From contig JAZLBQ010000007.1 of NCBI GenBank assembly GCA_045613785.1, forward strand, positions 64,001-128,000: a stretch of DNA of 64,000 nt, read 5' to 3'. Below the pieces are notes generated by a model that did not search any database, was not told the DNA's origin, and was given only the letters and a program-made list of their open reading frames with translations. Each line of letters starts with the position of its first letter. Within the stretch, counting starts at the first letter, position 1. The translations under genes were made by a program, and so were the position numbers. This document shows positions 1-9,117 of the stretch, one piece after another. The DNA comes from Candidatus Enterousia sp. (GTDB lineage: Bacteria > Pseudomonadota > Alphaproteobacteria > Rs-D84).

Positions 1-412
1 TTGAAATAGCGGCATTTAAAGCGTCCTGGCATACCTGAACCAGTTTTCGTGCCTGTGGCTTTACGTTGCCAATCATAAACATACGTGATGCGTCGCCGTG
101 AAATCCTTTGTATTCTGCGGTCAAATCGACATTTACAATATCGCCGTCTTTTAATATAACTTCATCACTAGGGATTCCATGAACAATAACATCGTTGACA
201 GATGTGCAAATGTGCTTTGGGTATCCGTGGTATCCTAAATCGGACGAGCGAGCCCCATTTTCCTTTAAGAACTGTGCGACCATACGGTCTATTTCACCGG
301 TTGAAATACCTGCCTTGATGTATGGTGAAATGAAATCAAAACAGCGTGCGACAACATCGCCTGCGGCACGCAGTCTTTTAAAATCTTTTGGTGCATAAAC
401 AGATGATAACAT
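1..412 (-). CDS. map: Methionine aminopeptidase type I (3' end outside window)
   Basis: Manual translation from ATG at 412: MLSSVYAPKDF...GYHGYPKHICTSVNDVIVHGIPSD...LKDGDIVNVD...GFHGDASR, the MetAP motifs. Confidence 0.93.
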   Translation of the reverse strand, partial: MLSSVYAPKDFKRLRAAGDVVARCFDFISPYIKAGISTGEIDRMVAQFLKENGARSSDLGYHGYPKHICTSVNDVIVHGIPSDEVILKDGDIVNVDLTAEYKGFHGDASRMFMIGNVKPQARKLVQVCQDALNAAIS

Positions 413-424
413 ATCTTATTTTCC

Positions 425-1414
425 TTAGTTTCTTCGTTTTATGGCGAATTTTGCTGCCCGCATAGACAGTTTTAATGCGAAATCACGCAACAGTATTTCT
501 CCGGGCATACCCTTGGTTCGTAATTGTCGTTCCAATTCGTTCAGCCTAATCAATACAGCAGATATTTCTTTATCAGGCCATATTCTGATAGCCTGTTTAA
601 ATTTTTCTTCGACCTTCCAAAACAGTCGTGGTAATTGTCCGTTGACAACAGCATTTTGTAGTTTTTTGAAGTGTGCCCCCAGCAAACGCACCAGCATATT
701 TGGGTCTTTATTATCATATAGCAACCTGTCTAGTGCCATCATTGTTTGTGGAATGTGTCCTGCAGACAAAGAATACAAGAAATCGTCCACATCAGCCGCC
801 CCTGTGTCTGGCAGACATTTTTCGACATCATCCAATTCGACAATTTTTTTATCGTTTACATACAACGCAATTTTTGCCAAGAATCCACGTGTAATTCCAC
901 GGTCGCCCCCCAAATGAGTGGTCATATATGTCATAGCATCTGGGGTAATTTGTTGAATCCCTGCGGCTGCTGACAGTTCACTGCGTATAATAGTTGCTAA
1001 CGTTTTTGCGTCATCAGTATAACAGGGCAGGGCAGCAATATCTTTTCCGCCTTCGAACATGCTGCGAAGACTTCCGCCAGAACGCAAATCGGTGCCAGTT
1101 ATAATAACGGTTGCACACAGTCCAGAATGTTCAACCAGTTCGATAATATGCTTTGTATCACTGTCGCCTGCGTTTGAAATAATTACCATCTTGCGACCGC
1201 CAAACATAGATGGGCTACACGCCTCTGCGAACAGGGCGTCTTGCTTTTCACGCAGTTCATCAGAATCCAGGGCGAATAAATTATCTTTTTCGATTTCCAG
1301 TTTTTTTATTGCTAAATCGCAATACTCATCAACCTGGCCTGCGTCAGGTCCGTATATCAGCACGGCACGAATTTTATCGATACCATTTTTAAAATCTGCG
1401 TCTTTCCACTTCAT
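425..1414 (-). CDS. holA: DNA polymerase III delta subunit
   Basis: AVLIYGPDAG, SPSMFGGRK, LPCYTDD motifs; follows lptE as in Alphaproteobacteria. Confidence 0.9.
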   Translation of the reverse strand: MKWKDADFKNGIDKIRAVLIYGPDAGQVDEYCDLAIKKLEIEKDNLFALDSDELREKQDALFAEACSPSMFGGRKMVIISNAGDSDTKHIIELVEHSGLCATVIITGTDLRSGGSLRSMFEGGKDIAALPCYTDDAKTLATIIRSELSAAAGIQQITPDAMTYMTTHLGGDRGITRGFLAKIALYVNDKKIVELDDVEKCLPDTGAADVDDFLYSLSAGHIPQTMMALDRLLYDNKDPNMLVRLLGAHFKKLQNAVVNGQLPRLFWKVEEKFKQAIRIWPDKEISAVLIRLNELERQLRTKGMPGEILLRDFALKLSMRAAKFAIKRRN

Positions 1415-1902
1415 TATTTTTTATCTATATTTTCAGAATCAGAATAATGTTTATATGTTTCTGCAATTGTTCGTGCACTAATTTTTTCAGCCAGCACATT
1501 GATAGTATTTTTTACAGCGTTGTTATACGAAGCGTTCGAAGCGACCAGATATCTCACAAAAGTATATGATTCTGCAGCCATTTCAGTTCCTGTTGCAATT
1601 TGCTTTCCATCACACATCAGTGTGTATTTTGCAGTCAAGGAAACTTCTTGCCAGGCAGCGTCCCCAGTTCGTTCAATTGCCTTGTATTGGGTGTTTGGTG
1701 TGCTTAAATCCACGTTCAAAGTGCATTTTGCACCTGGTTCACGTTGTCCGCCAAATTTTGCCCACAACGCATTTCGCAATTCGATTCCATCGATTCCGCT
1801 GATTGGTTCAACATAAATATCAGTGTCTTGACCAGAAAACATAGGTTTAAATCCACACCCCATCAGCCCAAGGAACACAAAAAACAATAAAATTTTTTTC
1901 AT
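1414..1902 (-). CDS. lptE: LPS assembly lipoprotein LptE-like
   Basis: Start MKKILLFFVFLGLMGCGFKPMF (lipobox plus CGF.P); 1-bp overlap with holA start. Confidence 0.75.
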   Translation of the reverse strand: MKKILLFFVFLGLMGCGFKPMFSGQDTDIYVEPISGIDGIELRNALWAKFGGQREPGAKCTLNVDLSTPNTQYKAIERTGDAAWQEVSLTAKYTLMCDGKQIATGTEMAAESYTFVRYLVASNASYNNAVKNTINVLAEKISARTIAETYKHYSDSENIDKK

Positions 1903-1971
1903 ACTAACGCCCGATTTCCTGTTGCAATTTATTTGTATATTACCTAGACTTTTTATAAATCGCAAGGGGGA

Positions 1972-3213
1972 ATGATGAATATTTTTATTATGATTCTTGT
2001 TTCTTTGTTTATGCTTGGTTATTACCTGATGGACAGTCCCAGTCAGCAGGTTGCACATCACAGCACGGAAATTGCGATTACACGTTCTGATTTGCGAACG
2101 GTGGCTCAGTGTGCGGCTGCCTTGCACAATGCCCAGATAAATGGCACAGAATTTGTTGATGTTTGTGTTGAGAATAATGAAATTGTCAGTGAATTTATCT
2201 GTCTGGACAAGAAGTTAAAGAAAACAGATTGTGAGATTGTCCGAAATAAGAAACCGGCGTTTAGTTATATTGTTACTGCAACTGCACCAATTAATCCGGA
2301 TAATTACAATGATATGATGGAGATATTAGAGCAGTATTATTCAGATGCAGGAACGTTTGGAATATTCCAAGACAAATCCATAATGTCTGGTGGCACATCT
2401 TCCAAGCGTGTAGTTCCTGGGGAAATAATATCACAAATGGAATTGGCTGATGGGCAACTGGTGTATTTTACCCAGTATGAAATACCAGATTCAGGCACGG
2501 CATCTGGCGGATTTGGAACGTCTGATATTGTATGTCCTGCTGGCACTGCCAAAACCTATCGTTTTGGTCGTTGGCAGTGCATAGGATATAATACAAAAAC
2601 GAATTGTGGCGGTGATATGATATGGGATTCTAATTTGTATGAGTGTGTTCCCGATGAAACACGTCGTCCTTTGTGTGCCAGTTCTCAGACTGCGGTAATG
2701 GTTGACAGTGTTTGGGAATGCATTGACCCATTTCCTGAAAAAAATTGTCCTAAAAATATGATTGCACGTTTGAATTATAACACACTGGAATGGGAATGTG
2801 TTGTTGATCCAGCGTCAAACACAACAGTGAAAAAATGCAGCAATATTGTCAGTGGGGGTAATTATGGGCAACTCGGGTCAACATTGCATGTTCCTCAGAC
2901 GTCTTGCACGGACTGCGAACGCCAGGTAATCGATACTGACAGTTGCACCAGTTATTGTGTTCCTGACCCGGCACGTATGTCTGATTCACGTTGTTATGCT
3001 GGTGTGGTGGACGAGTGTAGTGGGCCAAATCGTGCGTTTTATTTTGGTTTTCCAAATCGTGCCTATGCTGAAACGGTTGATGCTGTTTCAAACGTAAGTG
3101 TTCCGATTGGACGAACGCACTCGCAAAATCGTCGTTTTAATTGTTTAGATTGTGGAATGGGAACGATTGATACTGAACGTTCGCTGCCACCTTATGTTGC
3201 GATATGTAAATAG
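1972..3213 (+). CDS. Cysteine-rich membrane-anchored surface protein
   Basis: N-terminal TM helix, then many CP/WxC cysteine modules; GGGGAA RBS. Confidence 0.7.
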   Translation: MMNIFIMILVSLFMLGYYLMDSPSQQVAHHSTEIAITRSDLRTVAQCAAALHNAQINGTEFVDVCVENNEIVSEFICLDKKLKKTDCEIVRNKKPAFSYIVTATAPINPDNYNDMMEILEQYYSDAGTFGIFQDKSIMSGGTSSKRVVPGEIISQMELADGQLVYFTQYEIPDSGTASGGFGTSDIVCPAGTAKTYRFGRWQCIGYNTKTNCGGDMIWDSNLYECVPDETRRPLCASSQTAVMVDSVWECIDPFPEKNCPKNMIARLNYNTLEWECVVDPASNTTVKKCSNIVSGGNYGQLGSTLHVPQTSCTDCERQVIDTDSCTSYCVPDPARMSDSRCYAGVVDECSGPNRAFYFGFPNRAYAETVDAVSNVSVPIGRTHSQNRRFNCLDCGMGTIDTERSLPPYVAICK

Positions 3214-3217
3214 ATTG

Positions 3218-4147
3218 TTATTGTCTGTCAAATACGCAGAATAATTCCCAATGGTTGCTGCCAACAAATTGGTCAACAGGGATAAGCTTTTTAATTTCAT
3301 ATCCTGCATTTCTTAGGATTTTTGCGTCTGTCGAAAAAGTAATCGGATTGCAAGAAACGTAAATAATTCGTTTTACTTCGCTTTTTGCCAGTTCTTTGCA
3401 TTGTTTTTCTGCACCTGCACGTGGAGGGTCCATCACAACACAGTCGTATTTTTTTAGCATTCCAACTGTCAGTGGATTTTTGAATAAATCACGTTTTACG
3501 CCTGTGCCAACAATGTCAAAGCCGTCTGCGTTCAATGCAAATGTAAAGTTGCCCAGTCCACAAAACAAATCTGCCACAGATTTTGAATCCTTGGCATATT
3601 CCACCACCATGTTTCGCAGTGTGTTTGCACCTTCGATACTGGGCTGCAAGAATGCCCCAACAGGGTATTCAACCTGTGTGTCATCAAAAGATACAATGGG
3701 CTGCTTTTCTATTTTCAAAATTTTTTGATTCCAAGATACACGAATTGCAGGCAATTTAATTGCTGCATTGCGGAAATCTGCTGGCACATATGGAATATTT
3801 GAACTTATTGCAATGTCGATCCCGTTGTCGCATTTTGTTACCAAACATTGTGCACTGCCTGTCCATGGTAATTTTGCTAAATCGGGTATAATCTTGTTTA
3901 TTTCCGGGGCAACGTTTGGACAGTTGTCAACAGGGATAATATTTTTTGTTCCTTTTTCAAACAAACCAAATTCGCCAAATGAAACAGCGAATTCTGCACG
4001 TCTGCGAACACCTGGTAAGGTCCATATTGCATTATCCAGTGGTAATTTTTTTGGCAAACTGCCCATTTTTTGTTCACGATAATCAGGTGCAGTAAAATCA
4101 AATTTACAACCACCGCACCTACCAAAAAAAGGGCATTTTTTTATCAT
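3218..4147 (-). CDS. RNA (uracil-5)-methyltransferase, RlmD/TrmA family
   Basis: CPFFGRCGGC Fe-S motif, AFLQ, DLFCGLG, MDPPRAG, YVSCNP, VDQF...HWE. Confidence 0.9.
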   Translation of the reverse strand: MIKKCPFFGRCGGCKFDFTAPDYREQKMGSLPKKLPLDNAIWTLPGVRRRAEFAVSFGEFGLFEKGTKNIIPVDNCPNVAPEINKIIPDLAKLPWTGSAQCLVTKCDNGIDIAISSNIPYVPADFRNAAIKLPAIRVSWNQKILKIEKQPIVSFDDTQVEYPVGAFLQPSIEGANTLRNMVVEYAKDSKSVADLFCGLGNFTFALNADGFDIVGTGVKRDLFKNPLTVGMLKKYDCVVMDPPRAGAEKQCKELAKSEVKRIIYVSCNPITFSTDAKILRNAGYEIKKLIPVDQFVGSNHWELFCVFDRQ

Positions 4148-4800
4148 CAGAAACTAACCCTTGCACCAACCCTAAATTGCTGTGCTGTTGGGTTTAAGTC
4201 TGCAACAACATCTGTTCCTGGGTTAAACATATAGAAATATCTGTATCCAAAATCTAGTGCGAATATCGAACTAAATTCAACACTGATTCCTGCCATTGCA
4301 GCTGCTACTGGCGAAATCTTTTTATCCAGTTTTACGCCGTCGTCTGCTGAATTCCAGGACAGACCAGCACCAACGCCAACGTATGGCACAATCATCTGGC
4401 TGCGAAAGATACGATATATATTATCAATTCTTGCGTCCCAGATTGCATTTACCATGAACGTATCGCCTGTCAACGACAAGGTGTTCCATTTTGCGTCTGT
4501 GCGAACATAGTTCCCTTCGATTCTAAAAGTGTCGTAAATACGCAGTCCTAGCATTGCTTCGAATCCAGACGTATTTTTGCCTTTTACGGTCACATCGTTG
4601 TCATCGGTAAAGTTCTGCCACATTGAAAAATCATACATTCCCCCGACATAAAAACGGTGCTGGCGTGCATATGCTTCGCTGTCCAAGCCGCTTGGGGTTT
4701 CTGGAACAGGCATTTTTATTTGTTCGACACGATATGGAATTGCTGCATTTACAGTCATTGGCAAAGCACACAAAATTGGCAACCAAAATTTAATTTTCAT
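4147..4800 (-). CDS. Outer-membrane beta-barrel protein (opacity/OmpW-like)
   Basis: Signal peptide, PYVGVGAG, DFGYRY, C-terminal Phe. Confidence 0.8.
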   Translation of the reverse strand: MKIKFWLPILCALPMTVNAAIPYRVEQIKMPVPETPSGLDSEAYARQHRFYVGGMYDFSMWQNFTDDNDVTVKGKNTSGFEAMLGLRIYDTFRIEGNYVRTDAKWNTLSLTGDTFMVNAIWDARIDNIYRIFRSQMIVPYVGVGAGLSWNSADDGVKLDKKISPVAAAMAGISVEFSSIFALDFGYRYFYMFNPGTDVVADLNPTAQQFRVGARVSF

Positions 4801-4835
4801 AACTTTACACCCCTATACTTTATATCGTTTGTCTA

Positions 4836-5606
4836 TTAAAAATTCGCACGAACAGAAGCCATAATATTGCTGATGTTATCAACACCACCCCTGCGAACGT
4901 CCCAACCAAAGCCGTTTCCAATCATCATCTGATACTGATAAGCGATATCGATACCAACCAGTTCAGACAACATGATATTGAATCCCAGTGTAGCCCGTGG
5001 TGCTGCGATGACAAAGCCATCTGCACCATTTTTGCCTTCGAAATCATAGACGCCCAGTCCTGCACCGATTCCCATATAAGGAACAAATGTTCTGCGTCGT
5101 GTGATATCGCCTGATTGAACATACCGGCGTGCAAAATCAAAGTAAAGCATTCCGCCAACAGTCTGATATGTTGCCTGATGGTTTTCTAAATCAGAAAACT
5201 TGAACACGGATTCCTGAAAGTCAATTTCTGTCCGCACGTATGAAGACAGATTCCATCCCAGACCGATTTGTGTTGTATAACTGCCCGAACTTTCGTATTC
5301 GATTCCACCAAACTGTGCCTTGTCAGTTGCAAACCCCAGATTTAATCCGCCGCCCAAACGAACATACATTGATGTTGGGATAAACAGCTGGATATCGTCA
5401 GGCTGGACAGCACCTGCGATTTCATAAACTTCACGTCCCAGTTCACCAGGTGCATCAACGGGTGTTATGTCAATCGTATCACGTGCCCCAATCAAGTCCA
5501 AGCCTTCCAAGACTTCGGCCTGGAATTTTGCCGCATCATAATTTGCGTTTGCACCAAACATACTGGCGATTAGTGTTAAAACTGCAAAGCAAGAAATCTT
5601 TTTCAT
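4836..5606 (-). CDS. Outer-membrane beta-barrel protein
   Basis: Signal peptide, PYMGIGAG, DIAYQY, C-terminal RANF. Confidence 0.8.
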   Translation of the reverse strand: MKKISCFAVLTLIASMFGANANYDAAKFQAEVLEGLDLIGARDTIDITPVDAPGELGREVYEIAGAVQPDDIQLFIPTSMYVRLGGGLNLGFATDKAQFGGIEYESSGSYTTQIGLGWNLSSYVRTEIDFQESVFKFSDLENHQATYQTVGGMLYFDFARRYVQSGDITRRRTFVPYMGIGAGLGVYDFEGKNGADGFVIAAPRATLGFNIMLSELVGIDIAYQYQMMIGNGFGWDVRRGGVDNISNIMASVRANF

Positions 5607-5698
5607 AATACTAAACCTATATAAATTATACCTTCTTTTGCAATTTTAACATAAAATGAAACTTGATTCCAGTCTGTTTTATTCGTAAAGTAATAGGT

Positions 5699-6526
5699 AT
5701 GAATAACAAAAAATCAGATAAAAAAATCGCATTAGTCGCTGGGGCATTAGACTTGCCGTTTTTTACCCGTGATGCTTTGGTTCGTGCAGGTTGGGACGTA
5801 TTTATTGTTGGTCTTCAGGGGTTTGTAGATATGAATTTGAATCCCGATATGGTTGTGCGTTTGGGCGGTGGCGGTCGTGCAATACGTGAGTTTCGACGTC
5901 GTGGCATAACGAAACTAACTTTTGTGGGGTCGTTGGGGCATCCGAATTTATCTGACTTGCGACCTGATTTATGGACATTTATTACATTGTTAAAGATTAT
6001 GAAACATCAACGGGGGTATGATTCAATGGCTGTCGCATTAAACAAAGTTCTAGAATCTCAGGGATTCGAAATTGTAGCTGCCCAGGATATTGCACCAGAA
6101 TTGGCATTTGAAACACCAGGGGTTCAGACCAAGGTCAAACCCACACGCACAGATGAAAAAAACATTGCTCGTGCGATAGAGGTTTCGCACACCATTGGTG
6201 CGGCAGACATTGGTGCGTCTGTGGTTGTTGATACCCAGGTCATTGCGGTAGAGGCAGCCGAAGGCACCGCCCGTATGTTGGAACGTGTTGTTGATATGCG
6301 TTCAAACAAACGTAAATCCAGTGGCGTTTTTGCCAAGATGACTAAACCTGGTCAGGATTTACGCATTGATATCCCTGCGATTGGTGTTGATACTGTTCGT
6401 GCAGTTGCTGCGGCACACCTGCGTGGAATAGTTGTAAATACCAAGACATGTTTTGTTGTTGATAAAACTGCGGTTATAAAATTGGCAAATGAATTAGGCG
6501 TATTTATATTGGCTCTGGACGAATAG
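5699..6526 (+). CDS. lpxI: UDP-2,3-diacylglucosamine pyrophosphatase LpxI
   Basis: IALVAG, DIGASVVV, AVEAAEGT, KPGQDLRIDIPAIG motifs. Confidence 0.9.
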   Translation: MNNKKSDKKIALVAGALDLPFFTRDALVRAGWDVFIVGLQGFVDMNLNPDMVVRLGGGGRAIREFRRRGITKLTFVGSLGHPNLSDLRPDLWTFITLLKIMKHQRGYDSMAVALNKVLESQGFEIVAAQDIAPELAFETPGVQTKVKPTRTDEKNIARAIEVSHTIGAADIGASVVVDTQVIAVEAAEGTARMLERVVDMRSNKRKSSGVFAKMTKPGQDLRIDIPAIGVDTVRAVAAAHLRGIVVNTKTCFVVDKTAVIKLANELGVFILALDE

Positions 6527-6551
6527 TCGCATAATACAATCATAATAAAAA

Positions 6552-6738
6552 TAAAAAACACCGCCGTTTCCGGCGGTATTTCCGAGTGCCCCGAAAGGAA
6601 GGAAAGGAGAAAAAGAAATTGGACACTCTAAACTTATTCTTGGGGTCCAGAGTCCAGAGGAGAGAGAATGTAGGAGGGAGTCTGAACCTCTGGCCCCACA
6701 GATGTTTTCACACCTGGTCATTGGATTTCTTCCTTTGA
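6552..6738 (-). ncRNA. Putative sRNA with two CU-rich-loop hairpins and an intrinsic terminator
   Basis: Minus-strand TTGACA-N17-TATATT promoter upstream; two GC-rich stems enclosing pyrimidine loops; ACCGCCG-GAAA-CGGCGGT-GTTTTT terminator. Confidence 0.6.
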
Positions 6739-6745
6739 CGATTCG

Positions 6746-6774
6746 AATATAGTATACAAAAAACGATTTGTCAA
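6746..6774 (-). promoter_or_regulatory. Sigma70-type promoter of the putative sRNA
   Basis: TTGACA-aatcgttttttgtatac-TATATT. Confidence 0.6.
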
Positions 6775-6936
6775 GTGTTTTGTCAAAAAAAATTTTAGTA
6801 TTTGTTTTTGTGTTTGTTTTATGGATTGCTACCTAGGAAAAGCCGCTTATTGTTTTGGCGGTAAATCTGGAATAAAATCAACGTAAACTAGACGGGCGGG
6901 TTTTGTTCTAGTTAAATAAAACCAGGGAGAGAAAAA

Positions 6937-7179
6937 ATGACTCACGAAGATGTATGGCGTGCCATCGAAAGATTTGCAACAGAACATGGAATGTCTTGTT
7001 CTGGATTGGCAAAGTGTAGCGGTCTGGATCCGACTACATTTAACAAAAGTAAGCGTTGGTCCAAAGAAGGTCAACCACGCTGGCCATCGACGAACAGCAT
7101 ATCCAAGATATTATCGTCAACAGGGGCGAAGATTCAAGACTTTACCAAGTTTATTGATTCAACTGACCCTGCACGATAA
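6937..7179 (+). CDS. HTH transcriptional regulator (N-terminal domain of the alphaproteobacterial HTH-S24 repressor family, no peptidase domain)
   Basis: VWRAIERFA..SGLAK.SGLDPTTFNKSKR...RWPST.SISKIL signature; hairpin/T-tract at about 7200-7229. Confidence 0.8.
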   Translation: MTHEDVWRAIERFATEHGMSCSGLAKCSGLDPTTFNKSKRWSKEGQPRWPSTNSISKILSSTGAKIQDFTKFIDSTDPAR

Positions 7180-7266
7180 TGCTGTTTTATGACTTACCAA
7201 ACCACAGTGTTAAATCATTGTGGTTTTTTATTGGACAATCTGAAATCCATTCGCTAAACTTTGTAT

Positions 7267-7686
7267 ATGTTATCAGGCGTTCGTATTTATACATCTGACT
7301 CCGTATGGCACCAGATTTTTACCGACTTTGGTGCGACGGTTATGGACGCACCAATAACTGGCTGCATAAATTTTGATGAAATTACCCCAAATTCTGTCAT
7401 TTCAGTGCTGGAATTAAAGTCTTTATTGTTAAATGCAACGGACACAGGCAGTGTTTTGCGTCTTGTGTTTGGCGGTGATGTTTCTTTGCCAAAAATTCAG
7501 GCTCAGATAGTTGCTTTTTTGCATAAATCAGGCGGAATGACGATTGCGGAATTAAAAAATGCACTGGGGTATGCACCTGATGTTGCCACGCATTCAATAG
7601 ACAACGCAATTTATTTATTGCGAAAAACATACGGTCGTTCTTTTATAAAAAACACAAACGGGGTTTACAGACTTGGCGAACTATAA
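7267..7686 (+). CDS. OmpR-type winged-helix protein with degenerate receiver
   Basis: C-terminal LGYAPDVATHSIDNAIYLLRK...GVYRL. Confidence 0.65.
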   Translation: MLSGVRIYTSDSVWHQIFTDFGATVMDAPITGCINFDEITPNSVISVLELKSLLLNATDTGSVLRLVFGGDVSLPKIQAQIVAFLHKSGGMTIAELKNALGYAPDVATHSIDNAIYLLRKTYGRSFIKNTNGVYRLGEL

Positions 7687-8338
7687 ATTATTATCTTTTG
7701 ATAAAATCCCCAGCACCCAGGATTATGCACTGGATTTGATTGCGTCTGGTCGTGCAACTGACCATACGGCGGTGCTGGCGGCGGCTCAGTCTGCAGGGCG
7801 TGGTCGTTTTCGTCGTTCGTGGGTTTCGCATCATGGAAATTTATATGTCAGTTTTATATTTTCTTCGCCTGAACGTGATGCTCGCTTATCGTATTGTGTT
7901 GCTGTGGCGGTGGCCGAAACAATTGCATCATTTGGTGTTCATCCAACCATAAAGTGGCCAAACGATATATTGGTTGATAATAAAAAGATTTCTGGGACTT
8001 TGATTGAATATTCTGGTTCGTTTGTTGTTGTTGGTATTGGAATCAATGTAAATTCAAATCCGACTGTTGAACGCTACAAAACGACCAAGATGGATAATTA
8101 TTCAGAAATTCCAATGAACGAATTACTAAATCGCTTGATGCGTAATTTAGACAAATGGCGGCGTGCTGATTTTCGGTCTGTTCGTGCACGGTGGATGGAA
8201 ATGGCTGCATGTATAAATCGTCCTGTTAAATACCAGGGTGAACCTGCGTTATTAGTTGGAATCAACGAAAATGGTGCATTGGTTTTGCGTCGTGATACTC
8301 GTTATTTACTGGTCTGGGGGGACGAGATTGTCGTTTGA
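7673..8338 (+). CDS. birA: Biotin-[acetyl-CoA carboxylase] ligase
   Basis: STQD, QSAGRGRFRRSW, KWPND, KISGTL, GIGIN. Confidence 0.93.
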   Translation: MANYKLLSFDKIPSTQDYALDLIASGRATDHTAVLAAAQSAGRGRFRRSWVSHHGNLYVSFIFSSPERDARLSYCVAVAVAETIASFGVHPTIKWPNDILVDNKKISGTLIEYSGSFVVVGIGINVNSNPTVERYKTTKMDNYSEIPMNELLNRLMRNLDKWRRADFRSVRARWMEMAACINRPVKYQGEPALLVGINENGALVLRRDTRYLLVWGDEIVV

Positions 8339-8350
8339 AAAATTTTTTTC

Positions 8351-8461
8351 TTGACTTTTTGTCAAAAATATGATACCATACAACACATAAACAGCACAGA
8401 TTTTGCCCACAGCGTTAGTTGTGGCTTTTTTATTGCCCCACGTCCACGGACGTGGTTTTTT
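8351..8461 (+). promoter_or_regulatory. Promoter followed by two tandem terminator hairpins (leader of the phage-like unit)
   Basis: TTGACT-N17-TACCAT (8351-8379); CCACAGC-GTTA-GTTGTGG-C-TTTTTT; CCACGTC-CACG-GACGTGG-TTTTTT. Confidence 0.65.
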
Positions 8462-8486
8462 GTTTATAATCCCAAAAGGTAAAATA

Positions 8487-8903
8487 ATGCAAATGAGCAT
8501 AATAAATAATCCGGACACAACGGGCCGGTTGGCACTGCTATATAAAATTGCAAGAGTTGTCTATGCACAAACGGGAGCTGTCTCATTACCCTTGGTCGAA
8601 GCCTTTACATCAATGATAAAAAACATTGTTGATAAAACGGGAACGGACATTTCGATTGTGATTCAAGATTCGAATTTATTTCCCTCATTACGCAAATCAG
8701 ATATAAATCACAATCGGATATTTGTTTCGGCATCTAATCCAGGATTTCAAATGTGCTTGCGAACGGCAGGTCGAATTATGTCGGGCTGTTTAGGGGATTG
8801 TTGTTATGGTGCGACAAAATATCACTATGCGGATACAATACCTGATTGGGCATTATCACGTGGTTATATTGCAGACATTGATGGCATATTATTTTACACA
8901 TAA
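8487..8903 (+). CDS. SleB/Hydrolase_2-like cell-wall hydrolase, phage-derived, possibly inactive
   Basis: IARVVYAQ, FQMCLRTA, GATKYH, PDWA, ILFY pattern; AAAGG RBS before ATG 8487. Confidence 0.65.
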   Translation: MQMSIINNPDTTGRLALLYKIARVVYAQTGAVSLPLVEAFTSMIKNIVDKTGTDISIVIQDSNLFPSLRKSDINHNRIFVSASNPGFQMCLRTAGRIMSGCLGDCCYGATKYHYADTIPDWALSRGYIADIDGILFYT

Positions 8904-8919
8904 TTAAAAAAGAAAATAC

Positions 8920-9117
8920 ATGAGAAATTTTTTCAAGGGTGGATATTTATCTGGATATCGCACCTATATAATTTCTGCAAGTGGGATTATATCTGCGGTT
9001 GCGGCATATCTGGTTGGAGATGCAGATTTATTTACAATGTTGCAGACAATATTTACATTAGCGGGGATATATTTTTTACGACGCTCTAATGAAAACAAAG
9101 GACAAGACAATGGATAA
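8920..9117 (+). CDS. Small 2-TM holin-like protein
   Basis: GYRTYI N-terminus, two hydrophobic helices, basic tail; follows the hydrolase. Confidence 0.55.
   Translation: MRNFFKGGYLSGYRTYIISASGIISAVAAYLVGDADLFTMLQTIFTLAGIYFLRRSNENKGQDNG

Noticed and set aside
6494-6721. 75-aa minus-strand ORF
   Set aside because: Runs through a terminator and overlaps lpxI; the RNA structure explains the region better, although an RBS-like AGGAAG precedes it
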